Shown here piece after piece: positions 42,033 through 50,998 of a DNA stretch of 64,000 nt. Position 1 is the first letter of the stretch. Each line of letters opens with the position of its first letter. The stretch lies in NCBI GenBank assembly GCA_029547225.1, contig JAKPPS010000028.1, forward strand, positions 12,405 through 76,404. The letters run 5' to 3'. The DNA comes from a bacterium. GTDB lineage: Bacteria > Patescibacteriota > Dojkabacteria > SC72 > WJKH01. Position numbers and translations under genes: made by a program. The notes below the pieces were generated by a model that saw nothing but the letters and a program-made list of their open reading frames with translations, was not told where the DNA came from and did no database searches.

Positions 42033-44876
42033 ATGCGAATAAGTATAGAGAGGAGTTTACTAGAATTATTTCCGGATGCAGTGGAGTATATTGTTGTGCT
42101 CAAAGGCTGTAGTAATATGACAGCTAAAAGCCGTGAAATAGTTGAATATATGGAATCGGCGCAAAAGAAAATGCGTTCTGGAGAAATGGTTTTCGATTTC
42201 GAAGATGATCCTCGATTTAAAAACTGGGATATTGTGCAAAAAAAAATAGCCCAAAATATCTTGAATAATTCAAATGCGTCAAATACTTCTATTTCAGACG
42301 ATCCTTATAAAGCGAGTTCACAAAATATTGATGGAGCAGGTGATAAAAGTATGCAACATAAAGCTGGAATATCTTCTCATGTCTCGTTAGTAAATAAAAT
42401 ATTGGCTGGTAAGGATCTTGCAAATATTAATCCAATTGTGAATTACTATAATATTTTTTCTGCTTATTACGGTCTGCCAATCGGTGCTGAAGATTTAGCA
42501 AAAGTATATGGCGACTTTGTTTTTAAAGTTTCTGACGGAGGTGAACCTTTTGTATCTATTTCCAGTAAAGATATTGAATCGATAAACCGGGGTGATGTTA
42601 TATTAACCGATGAGCTGGGCCCAACTTGTAAGGGGTGGAATCAGAAACAATCAGAGAGAGACAAAGTCGGGAAATATAGTACAGAAATTATGTTTTTCTT
42701 TGATCATATTGACGGCGATAATGGTAGTCTTGGTAATCTATATGAAAAGCCCATAGATTTTATTACTTCTGAAAACGCTTCGCTTGGAGAGGGTACTAAA
42801 ATAGATTTTCAACAATTGCTTCAATATTTTGTTTCAAAATTGGAATATTATTTTGGAGGAACATACGAGATATTTAGGCTAGACGGGAATAATATGATTG
42901 TTGATTTTGATGCGAATAATCTTAATGGTTCACAACTTAGAAATCTTACTTTACAAGAAAAACACCAGTACTTACAAAGCATCGTTGATGAAATATATAC
43001 AAAAGGAAATAAAGGTATAACAAAGAGAAAGGCGGAGAATCTCGGCTTGAAAAACACTTCTAGTCCAATTAATGTTATTGATAAGAAACTATTAGAATTA
43101 TGCCAGTCTAATGGTGTCTTGTTAGATCAGGATAGTTTTATGCTTCAATCTAAACATAACATCGAGAATGTTGAGTATTCTACTGCAATAGCAATGCGAG
43201 TCGCATCACAGATTGGTAAGCAACCTAAAGAAATTGCATTGCAAATCAAAGAGATAATATTATCCTGTAGTGAAATCGGTTCTTGTGAAGTTGCTGAAAA
43301 TGGCTTTATAAACCTTGTCATGTCAAATGAATTTTACCTTTCAAATCTGAAGAATTTTTATGAAAATTTTGATGATATTACGGAAAGTAATGCCGGTGAG
43401 AATAAAACAATATTAATCGAGATGGTTTCTCCAAATCCTAACAAAGCTTTACATTTAGGGCATATCCTAAATCTTTTTCTAGGCAAATCTCTCTTACGGA
43501 TTTTCAATAAAGTCGGTTTTAAAGCGGTTGAAGATTGTTTAGTAAATGATAAAGGTTTGCCAATTGCAAAAACTATATGGGCTATCAAAAAATATGGAAT
43601 TGATAGTAGTCCTGAGAAAGAGGGATTAAAGGAGGATCATTGGGTAGATAAATATTACGTCATGGGCGCCAATGATTTTAAAAATAGCTTATCAGTGCGT
43701 AAAGAGGTTAGGGCAATATTACGCTCTATAGAAAATGAAGATCCGGAGATTTTAGAAATCTGGAAGAGGGTTATATCGCATAGTGTAGAAGGTCAGAGAG
43801 CCACTCTAAAGCGTTTGGGTGAAGATTTCGGATATTTATGGTATGAACATGAAATCTACAAAATTGGGCGTAATATGATCGAGAGCCATATTGATGGGAA
43901 AAATGTTATTAAATTACCAGACGGAGTCGTTGTTGGAATCCTTGAGAAAACATATGGTGTTCCAGATGTTGTGCTTGTAAAATCCGATGGAACATCTTTG
44001 TATCATACTCAAGATCTTGCTCTTACAATGAAAAAGATTGAAAAATTTAATCCATGGAAAGCGATATGGGTTGTGGGGAATGATCAGATTGTACATTTTC
44101 AGAGACTATTTTCGCTCATAGATATGCTATCTGTTATGCCGATAGATAATCTGTATCATTATGCTTATGGATATGTTTTTGATAAAGATGGTAAAAGATT
44201 TTCTTCAAGATCTGGTGACGCATTAAGTGCTGACGAACTAATTGATTTGATACTTGATAGTGCACGAAAAGTGATTGAATCAAGAAAAGAATTTGCGAAG
44301 AAATCTCAAGAGGATTTATCAGAATCTAATGATGAGGATATTGTGAATAATTTAGTCGGTGACGAAAAAGAAAATATCTCTGAGAAGGTTGGATTGTCAG
44401 CTTTGAAATACGCCTTTTTAAGCACCGATCCATATAAAGATATCAGATTTGATATTGAAAAATCGTTGTCATTTAGCGGTAAAAGCGGTCCATATATCTT
44501 GTATGCATTTGTTAGGGCTAAAAGTATTTTAGAGAAAGCAGATCTAAATAAGGACAATGAAGAGGGTGATTTATTAAATAAAGTAGGGGATAATAATTCT
44601 GCTGTATCACTTGATGGATATAGTAAAAATCTTATTATTAAGCTTTTTGATTATCCTGATACAATTATTGCAAGTGCGAATAACTATATGCCTAGTATTA
44701 TTGCTGAATATCTTTATGACTTGTCTAAGGATTTTAGCTCCTTTTATGAAAATACCGATATCCTTGGAGATTCTACACTGGCAAAATATTATAAGTTGAT
44801 AATTATTTCGCTGTTTGAAAGAGTTATTTCTGATGGATTAGAGCTTCTGGGAATTGAGACTTTAGACCGCATGTAG
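42033..44876 (+). CDS. argS: Arginyl-tRNA synthetase with a ~340-aa N-terminal extension resembling a B3/B4-domain protein
   Basis: ArgRS part: N-domain (...VAENGFINLVMS), HIGH-type PNPNKALHLGH, DALR end (AEYLYDLSKDFSSFYEN), terminal ...LDRM. Extension part: ELFPD..., INPIVNYYNIFSAYYGLPIGAEDL, GGEPF, CKGWNQKQSERDKV. Confidence 0.9.
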   Translation: MRISIERSLLELFPDAVEYIVVLKGCSNMTAKSREIVEYMESAQKKMRSGEMVFDFEDDPRFKNWDIVQKKIAQNILNNSNASNTSISDDPYKASSQNIDGAGDKSMQHKAGISSHVSLVNKILAGKDLANINPIVNYYNIFSAYYGLPIGAEDLAKVYGDFVFKVSDGGEPFVSISSKDIESINRGDVILTDELGPTCKGWNQKQSERDKVGKYSTEIMFFFDHIDGDNGSLGNLYEKPIDFITSENASLGEGTKIDFQQLLQYFVSKLEYYFGGTYEIFRLDGNNMIVDFDANNLNGSQLRNLTLQEKHQYLQSIVDEIYTKGNKGITKRKAENLGLKNTSSPINVIDKKLLELCQSNGVLLDQDSFMLQSKHNIENVEYSTAIAMRVASQIGKQPKEIALQIKEIILSCSEIGSCEVAENGFINLVMSNEFYLSNLKNFYENFDDITESNAGENKTILIEMVSPNPNKALHLGHILNLFLGKSLLRIFNKVGFKAVEDCLVNDKGLPIAKTIWAIKKYGIDSSPEKEGLKEDHWVDKYYVMGANDFKNSLSVRKEVRAILRSIENEDPEILEIWKRVISHSVEGQRATLKRLGEDFGYLWYEHEIYKIGRNMIESHIDGKNVIKLPDGVVVGILEKTYGVPDVVLVKSDGTSLYHTQDLALTMKKIEKFNPWKAIWVVGNDQIVHFQRLFSLIDMLSVMPIDNLYHYAYGYVFDKDGKRFSSRSGDALSADELIDLILDSARKVIESRKEFAKKSQEDLSESNDEDIVNNLVGDEKENISEKVGLSALKYAFLSTDPYKDIRFDIEKSLSFSGKSGPYILYAFVRAKSILEKADLNKDNEEGDLLNKVGDNNSAVSLDGYSKNLIIKLFDYPDTIIASANNYMPSIIAEYLYDLSKDFSSFYENTDILGDSTLAKYYKLIIISLFERVISDGLELLGIETLDRM

Positions 44877-44882
44877 AAAGAT

Positions 44883-44956
44883 GCACCCGTAGCTTAATTG
44901 GCTTGAGCATTGGTTTCCGGAACCAAAGATTGTAGGTTCGAATCCTATCGGGTGCG
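44883..44956 (+). tRNA. tRNA-Arg(CCG), no encoded CCA
   Basis: Acceptor GCACCCG/CGGGTGC, anticodon loop TTCCGGA. Starts 6 nt after the argS stop. Confidence 0.9.
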
Positions 44957-45204
44957 TTTAGCATGTAAAATTGAAGGTGTAAAGGAATTGTTCACTGACA
45001 CTAAGAAATTGTTAGTAATCCAATGTCGGTATTGTTAGTCAATTGTATTGCTAATTTGTTGATTTTTCTTTTGTCGGGTAGAGGCTGATATGTTTTCTTG
45101 TATTAATAACGGAAGTTCGAATTATGATGCTGGTGGAAACTATTACATTGATATGGTAACATTACTTAGTGTGTAAATTTCCGGATCTTATATTTTTTAG
45201 TTTA

Positions 45205-45281
45205 CGGGGTGTAGTTCAGTTGGCTAGAATGCTTCGTTCGGGACGAAGTGGTCGCACGTTCAAGTCGTGTCACCCCGACCA
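45205..45281 (+). tRNA. tRNA-Pro(CGG), CCA encoded
   Basis: Acceptor CGGGGTG/CACCCCG, anticodon stem CTTCG/CGAAG, loop TTCGGGA. The 3' 12 nt overlap the recombinase stop region on the opposite strand. Confidence 0.9.
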
Positions 45282-46757
45282 GTCTTGTCGATCGTTAAAA
45301 TTCAGGAAGTTATCAAACGGACTTTTGCCTATATAGCTTAATTTTTCGTTGGTTATAGTCAAGTTCGAGAATACAAAATTGATAATTTCTCTTTTTCCTT
45401 CATCATCTGCTCGTTTGAAAAGCCGTGACGCATTTTGTGTCAGTTCGAGAATTCTTAATCCAGTTTCAAAGTATATGTGATTGGCTTGTTTGTGTTTTTC
45501 CATGTCACGAATAGTTTGCTTTTCTGCTTTTACCTCTTTTTCAAACTTTTCAAGATATGTTTCTTTTGTGATGAGTCCGTCTAGCCTGTCATCATACAAT
45601 TGGTCTTTTCGTGATTGCGTTTTAGTTAGTTTTGCTTGTAGTGTTGACATTGCTTGATTATGAAAATCAGCTTCGCTTTTATGAGCATCTTTTAGTGTTT
45701 GCTTTAATACTTCAAATGTTTCTTTTGGAATTTTCATTGAACTTAAAACGTTTTCGATTTCTGTATTTAGTTTTTCTTCTCTCCAATATTGGTGTTTATG
45801 TCTCATTTTATACTCAGTACAGCGATAATATACATATCTGCCTTTTTGAATTTCTGTTGTATATGATGAGCCACAAACACCGCATTTAATAAGTCCACTA
45901 AACAGAAAACTGTTTTTGCGTTTATTCGGCTTCTTTCTGCTTCGTAAAATATCTTGCACTTTGTAGTATAGTTCTTCTGAAATTATCGGCTCGTGAATAC
46001 CTTTGTATTCTTTACTTTTCCATCTCATTATGCCAATATAAAAGGGATTTTGTAAGGTTACTCGTATCTTTTCTTTGCAAAGTGGTACTTCGGGTTTGCT
46101 TTTAGCATGTAGTCCTTCTTCAAGTAGTAGTTCACCAATTGTTTGAAAGCTGTATTCGCCAGTAGCATATAATTCAAACATTTTCTTAACAAATGGTGCT
46201 TTTGAAATATCAATATCGCAAGTATGTGTATCTTTATTGTTTTTATATCCAAGCGGTGCAGAAGCAGGCCAACCGCCTTGAGCCACTTTTTCCTCAAGTC
46301 CTTTTTTGACATCATCTCTCAAGTTATTGATATATCCTTTTGCCATTACTGCCTGTAAATCAAAGTTCATTAGTTCGTTTGACCTTGAGTCGTTGTTTAG
46401 AATAATTCCTTCTTTTACAAAATGGAATTCTTTTCCTGCTTTGATTAAATCATACACTTTAACAATGTCAGCAAAGTTACGAGCCACACGATCTATTTTC
46501 TCGATAACTGCAATTTGAATGTTGTCATGCTCTGTAAGGTAGGTAATCATTTCACTAAAAGCCTTTCTTCCTTCCTTTTTAGCTGATTCTGCAACCTGCC
46601 AATGCTTGATTATTTGTAAGTTATTCTTTTGAGCATAATTGATTATGTTTTTAAGTTGAGCATCAAGTGAATATCCTTCTTCCTGTTCTCGTGAAGATAC
46701 TCGACAATATGCAATAACCGCTCTTGGTTCGTCAGGTATAAAGTCATATTTGCTCAT
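45270..46757 (-). CDS. Large serine recombinase (integrase type)
   Basis: Catalytic N-domain AVIAYCRVSSREQ. Recombinase domain. Zinc ribbon CGVCGSSYTTEIQKGRYVYYRC. Coiled-coil C-terminal region. 495 aa. Confidence 0.9.
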   Translation of the reverse strand: MSKYDFIPDEPRAVIAYCRVSSREQEEGYSLDAQLKNIINYAQKNNLQIIKHWQVAESAKKEGRKAFSEMITYLTEHDNIQIAVIEKIDRVARNFADIVKVYDLIKAGKEFHFVKEGIILNNDSRSNELMNFDLQAVMAKGYINNLRDDVKKGLEEKVAQGGWPASAPLGYKNNKDTHTCDIDISKAPFVKKMFELYATGEYSFQTIGELLLEEGLHAKSKPEVPLCKEKIRVTLQNPFYIGIMRWKSKEYKGIHEPIISEELYYKVQDILRSRKKPNKRKNSFLFSGLIKCGVCGSSYTTEIQKGRYVYYRCTEYKMRHKHQYWREEKLNTEIENVLSSMKIPKETFEVLKQTLKDAHKSEADFHNQAMSTLQAKLTKTQSRKDQLYDDRLDGLITKETYLEKFEKEVKAEKQTIRDMEKHKQANHIYFETGLRILELTQNASRLFKRADDEGKREIINFVFSNLTITNEKLSYIGKSPFDNFLNFNDRQDWSG

Positions 46758-46794
46758 AAGTTTTAATGCTCAATTTAAATATCGAGTAAACTCG

Positions 46795-46919
46795 ATGTTA
46801 ACTGTGACGCTCGGAAATCTTAAATAAATTTAGATTTCTCTCGCTATCCTCGTTAATAACAAAAAAGGGCGACTCGTTGGACACAACTCCATTTGCATGA
46901 AATTGTACGAATCGCCCTT
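46795..46919. repeat. Inverted repeat A (left arm) bracketing the replication module
   Basis: Read on the minus strand: a large-loop hairpin (AAGGGCGATTCG...CGAGTCGCCCTT), then a T run, then a ~70-nt core (GTTATTAACGAGGATAGCGAGAGAAATCTAAATTTATTTAAGATTTCCGAGCGTCACAGTTAACAT) homologous to 47875-47940. Confidence 0.8.
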
Positions 46920-46965
46920 TATACTATCAAAATACCCTTTAATAGCGTTGGGTTCATGCAAATAA

Positions 46966-47199
46966 TTAAGTTGTGTCCATTTCAATATTATCATCTCGGT
47001 TAATTTTTGTTAAATCGAAGTTTTGTACCATTTCTTGAATTTTCAATTTGTTATCAATCTTTTCTAAGGTTTCAAAGAATTTTATAAAGTTAAATAGTGC
47101 TTCATATGCCTGTTTATCTGTTAGTTCAATACCGTAATCATGCAGGTATGCTTTCTGGAACTGCTTTATATTTTTCTTTATTGGGTCAGTTACCTGCAT
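46966..47199 (-). CDS. Hypothetical small acidic protein, apparently co-transcribed with the Rep-O-like gene
   Basis: 77-aa ORF starting 5 nt after the upstream stop and followed by the hairpin plus T run of repeat A. No motif recognised. Confidence 0.45.
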   Translation of the reverse strand: MQVTDPIKKNIKQFQKAYLHDYGIELTDKQAYEALFNFIKFFETLEKIDNKLKIQEMVQNFDLTKINRDDNIEMDTT

Positions 47200-47204
47200 G
47201 TATT

Positions 47205-47747
47205 TTAAGAAATGTATTTATAAATGTTTTTAATTGTATTTCGGCCCTCGGTTTGACTTGGATTAGTGAGGGTTTTCTTGATGTCGTTGTTAGTGATTTG
47301 CTCCATATCAGTAGAGTGTTTTACTAAGTTTCGTGTTAGTAATTTACTAAACTTTTTGTTCGATTTTTGAAGTGATTCACTAACCACCTTTTTAGTTATC
47401 CACATTTGGTTAGTTTTTCGTTTCCAAATAATAAGTTCTTTTAAAACAAGCTGATTTAGTTCATGAGAAATGTCAGATGAGTAAATTCCCACTAATGTAA
47501 AATCAGACGGTTTTAGACGTGCTACAGCTCGATTACAACCAATTGAAAAGCGAACAATGAGGAGTAGGATTTTTATCTGTCTTTTTGATAGTGATTTGTT
47601 GAAAATGATTGACTCAAAAAGTAGATTTGAGAATTTGAAAAAGCCTTTAGATTCCAGATCTTTAATATTAAGTCGTGTAGAACGCTCTACAAGTTCAGGA
47701 AAGTTTTGTTTTAAGTATTCTCCTACTGTTTTCATCAATAATTTCAA
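47205..47747 (-). CDS. Replication-initiator-like protein (phage lambda O N-terminal type winged helix); TTG start
   Basis: GFFKFSNLLFESII...LSKRQIKILLLIVRFSIGCNRAVARLKPSDFTLVGIYSSDISHELNQLVLKELII follows the Phage_rep_O N-terminal pattern. Confidence 0.6.
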   Translation of the reverse strand: MKLLMKTVGEYLKQNFPELVERSTRLNIKDLESKGFFKFSNLLFESIIFNKSLSKRQIKILLLIVRFSIGCNRAVARLKPSDFTLVGIYSSDISHELNQLVLKELIIWKRKTNQMWITKKVVSESLQKSNKKFSKLLTRNLVKHSTDMEQITNNDIKKTLTNPSQTEGRNTIKNIYKYIS

Positions 47748-47812
47748 GCTCTACAGACTGCCCAGTAGGTGGCAGTTGTAGATTTTATACAAGTAAGCGT
47801 ATAATATACAAA

Positions 47813-47940
47813 AGAATCACCTCCTACTGACCATGGATTCCCGTCCGGCGGTTTGCAGGTGATTCTCTTTTTTTATTAACGACGCTGAGCGAGTCAAATC
47901 TGAAATTTATTTCAAGATTTGCGAGCCAGCTAGTTAACAT
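47813..47940. repeat. Inverted repeat B (right arm) bracketing the replication module
   Basis: Hairpin AGAATCACCT...AGGTGATTCT (47813-47866), T7 run (47868-47874), then the core ATTAACGACGCTGAGCGAGTCAAATCTGAAATTTATTTCAAGATTTGCGAGCCAGCTAGTTAACAT. Confidence 0.8.
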
Positions 47941-48540
47941 GACTCTGTCATTATTGTGTTTTCTATATCAATTATCCTTCAAGAAAAATTCGAAGTCAAA
48001 AATCTGTTGATTTTTCGGACTTTCTCGACATTCGGTTTATCTTGTATTCAAGGTCGTTTTCAGAGTTTTTCAAAATTTAAAAATATAGTGTCCACGCTAT
48101 AGCGTCCGCACTATGTTTTTTAAGCATTTGCATACAATCAACTGCTTATATTCCCCCTATTGTCTTATGATTTCGCGGTCGGTGTCAAAAAACATTCGGT
48201 TTCAAGGCACTTCTCGACACACTCATTCCTCCGTAACCATCGCAAGATTTTAAGTTTTAAGAAAATTCAAATTATATGGTTGACTGTATACAGTTGACCA
48301 TAAGAAAATATGCTTCTTTTGTATAGTTTCCTATAAAATCAAGTTTTTACAAAATATTTTCCAAATCCAAACAACATGAAAAGTTCTATTAAATGCCGTT
48401 CAATCAATGAAAAGTATTAATCTAAAAAATACTAAATACCTCGTATACGAGATCTCGTCCACGATATATTTACTGCAGAAATTGTAATGTAAGTTTAAAG
48501 CTTGTAAAATTGGTATTAATAAATTGTAATTAAATGAAAT

Positions 48541-49224
48541 ATGAAATTGCTTTTATATAGCGGATTTTCTGAACAAAACAGTTTAGATGATGAGTTAAAA
48601 ACAGCTTTGAATGCTTTTCAACATAAATCTTTAACAATCTTTTTATCAAACTCAGATGATTTTAAATCAAAGTATGTCTATCCGATTACAGACTATTATA
48701 AGAGATGCGGTTTTAATGATGTTTCTGTGTGTTTGTACTCTCAAACGAATGAGAATACTAACAAAATCTCTGCAGAATATCCTGATATCAAGTTCATAGG
48801 TTTAGATAGTGCTTTTGAATCGGACGCAATTTTTCTATCAGGTGGAAGCAATTATTATTTCCTAAATTCATTAAGAAAGAATAATTTAATAGGAAAATTG
48901 CAAGAGTATGCAAGGTCAAATCACCTGTTAATTGGTATGAGTGCAGGTAGTATGCTTATGCAAAAAGATATCAAAAACTCAGAAATTCCGAGTTATGATC
49001 CAGAGCCCAACCCAGTAGGAGATATTTCCTTGGAGTCTTTAAATCTTATTCCGTTTTACTTTTTTCCTCACTATGACGGCGATACAAGATTTTTATCAGA
49101 AGTAAAAGAATTTTCAAACAAAACAAAAGATAGATGTTATATCTGTACTGATAATGATGGTTTATATATAGAGGGAAATAATGTTGTTCTAAAGGGCAAT
49201 ACAATAGAAATTAATCCACAATAA
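48541..49224 (+). CDS. Peptidase S51 (dipeptidase E-like) / type-1 glutamine-amidotransferase-like protein
   Basis: Nucleophile elbow LLIGMSAGSMLM, later FFPHYD histidine context. 227 aa. Confidence 0.7.
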   Translation: MKLLLYSGFSEQNSLDDELKTALNAFQHKSLTIFLSNSDDFKSKYVYPITDYYKRCGFNDVSVCLYSQTNENTNKISAEYPDIKFIGLDSAFESDAIFLSGGSNYYFLNSLRKNNLIGKLQEYARSNHLLIGMSAGSMLMQKDIKNSEIPSYDPEPNPVGDISLESLNLIPFYFFPHYDGDTRFLSEVKEFSNKTKDRCYICTDNDGLYIEGNNVVLKGNTIEINPQ

Positions 49225-49451
49225 ATTACAACACCAAGCACAAATTTAAGTCGTGAGTAGCTCACAAGATTACACACACAGGGTAATCGAAGTCGAGGAA
49301 GTGATTGGGTGGAGTCCGAAGGAGTCCACCCAATCACCTACGAAAGACGACAATTTGTGCGGAAGGATAAGGGTTTATATCTTACCGTTCAACTGGATGT
49401 ATCCGGAGGGTCGGAAACGTCATGTAGGAGTCCAACTGGATTCATCTGATT

Positions 49452-50015
49452 TTAAAGTAATTTTCTTGGCTGACTTAAAACAATTACTGTTGAAAACAGC
49501 CCTAATAAAGCCATTAAAACGAACAAAACGTTAAAATTCAGGTAGTAAACTATAAAACCTCCAATTAAGGAAGCAATAGCAAGTGAAAAATTCTGTACCA
49601 GTTTCCATGTTGAATATTCATTAATTTCAGCTCCTTTATCGAGGTGTTTTGCAAATATTGAATCAAATGCAGGAGATCCTACAGCTTCACCAATTCCGAG
49701 TATTACTTGAATAAAGATAAACATTAAAAGACTATTTGTAAAAATATATAAAATCCATGATATGACTCTAATGATAAAACCAGCAGCAAGTAAATATTCT
49801 TTTTCTTTGATTTTATCTCCGTATCTAGCGACAATAAAAGTAAAAATTGTTGCAGAAAGCATAAACACAAACCATGAAAAACTCACAGAAAGAATATTTG
49901 CATCAAACTTTTCGGCGAATATGGCATATAACGGACCAAGTAAACGATCTGCAAATACAAATATACCATTTGATATAAACAATACTTTTAATGCGTTTTG
50001 ATTAGTTATTTTCAT
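49452..50015 (-). CDS. MFS transporter, N-terminal six-helix half only (possibly a truncated remnant)
   Basis: 187 aa with MFS-like TM1-6 (ARYGDKIKEKE loop, GIGEAVGSPAFDS). No second half is encoded downstream. Confidence 0.55.
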   Translation of the reverse strand: MKITNQNALKVLFISNGIFVFADRLLGPLYAIFAEKFDANILSVSFSWFVFMLSATIFTFIVARYGDKIKEKEYLLAAGFIIRVISWILYIFTNSLLMFIFIQVILGIGEAVGSPAFDSIFAKHLDKGAEINEYSTWKLVQNFSLAIASLIGGFIVYYLNFNVLFVLMALLGLFSTVIVLSQPRKLL

Positions 50016-50023
50016 ACTTTTAC

Positions 50024-50998
50024 TTATAAAATTAGCCCACGTAATGTTTCAGTCACAAGTGGCATATTAGGTTCAGAGGATAGAATCGTAATAAGTAAAT
50101 TTTGAGATTTGTTAATAATAATATATTGTCCATCTGAGCCATCTCTGAAGACATATCCATCTCGAGAAATGAAAGAAAAGTAACCAACTCCAATTTTTGG
50201 AAGTACTCTTTCAGGCTTGTAATAATCAGGTGTTTTTATTTTTAATGAACACATTTCATGTATCCATTTTTCAGGGATAATCTGATTCCCATTGTATCGT
50301 CCACAATAAAGTAGCAACTGACCAATTTTGTGAAAATCCAAATGAGTCAAACTCAGTCCAGTACTCGCCATACAATACTTTCCATATTTCCCCCATAAGA
50401 ATTCTGATATATCTAATTTGCTGAAAATTTGTTCTTCAATGAACATATCAAGGTCAATATTAAAAGCTTCTTTGAATAATACGGCAATCAGAAATGGCTC
50501 AACATTATTATATGCAAAGCGATTTCCTACCTCATACGGCAATTCAAAGTTCAGTGCATACTCTAAAAGTTTTTCTTTATCAATGTTCTGAATAAATCTC
50601 TCTGACATCATTTGTTCTTCGTATCCAGTAGTATGGGTCAATAGATTTTTTATCGTCCATTCTTCAATCTTTTTTAAGTTTTCTTTGTTTGTTATATTTA
50701 CTAACCCTTTTATTATTGGATAAACCTTAGTATCCAACGTAATTGGTTTGTTATTAACGAGTAAACGTTGTTCAATTGCTAATCCGACAGCCATAGCGAC
50801 TAATAGTTTTGAACAGCTTCGGATACGATGTAATTGCTCGGTATTAAAATAGTGTTTTGATAAATGACCATTTTGTTCAATATAAACACTATCAATATCT
50901 ACTTGCTTTCCGTTAATAGATAGCTTTTCTAAATTTTTTATAAAATCTTCAATATTTATCATGTTGTCTTTTAATTTCAAACTGTTTGAGTATAGCAT
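50024..50998 (-). CDS. Beta-lactamase-related serine hydrolase (class C / PBP4*-like fold)
   Basis: SxxK motif SCSK (RIRSCSKLLVAMAVG) and YxN motif (FAYNNVEP). Confidence 0.8.
   Translation of the reverse strand: MLYSNSLKLKDNMINIEDFIKNLEKLSINGKQVDIDSVYIEQNGHLSKHYFNTEQLHRIRSCSKLLVAMAVGLAIEQRLLVNNKPITLDTKVYPIIKGLVNITNKENLKKIEEWTIKNLLTHTTGYEEQMMSERFIQNIDKEKLLEYALNFELPYEVGNRFAYNNVEPFLIAVLFKEAFNIDLDMFIEEQIFSKLDISEFLWGKYGKYCMASTGLSLTHLDFHKIGQLLLYCGRYNGNQIIPEKWIHEMCSLKIKTPDYYKPERVLPKIGVGYFSFISRDGYVFRDGSDGQYIIINKSQNLLITILSSEPNMPLVTETLRGLIL

Noticed and set aside
49137-49534. ORFs 49253-49534 (plus strand) and 49137-49337 (minus strand).
   Set aside because: They mirror each other across the 17-bp hairpin and overlap the ends of the neighbouring genes. 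Neither shows any motif. They are treated as non-coding.
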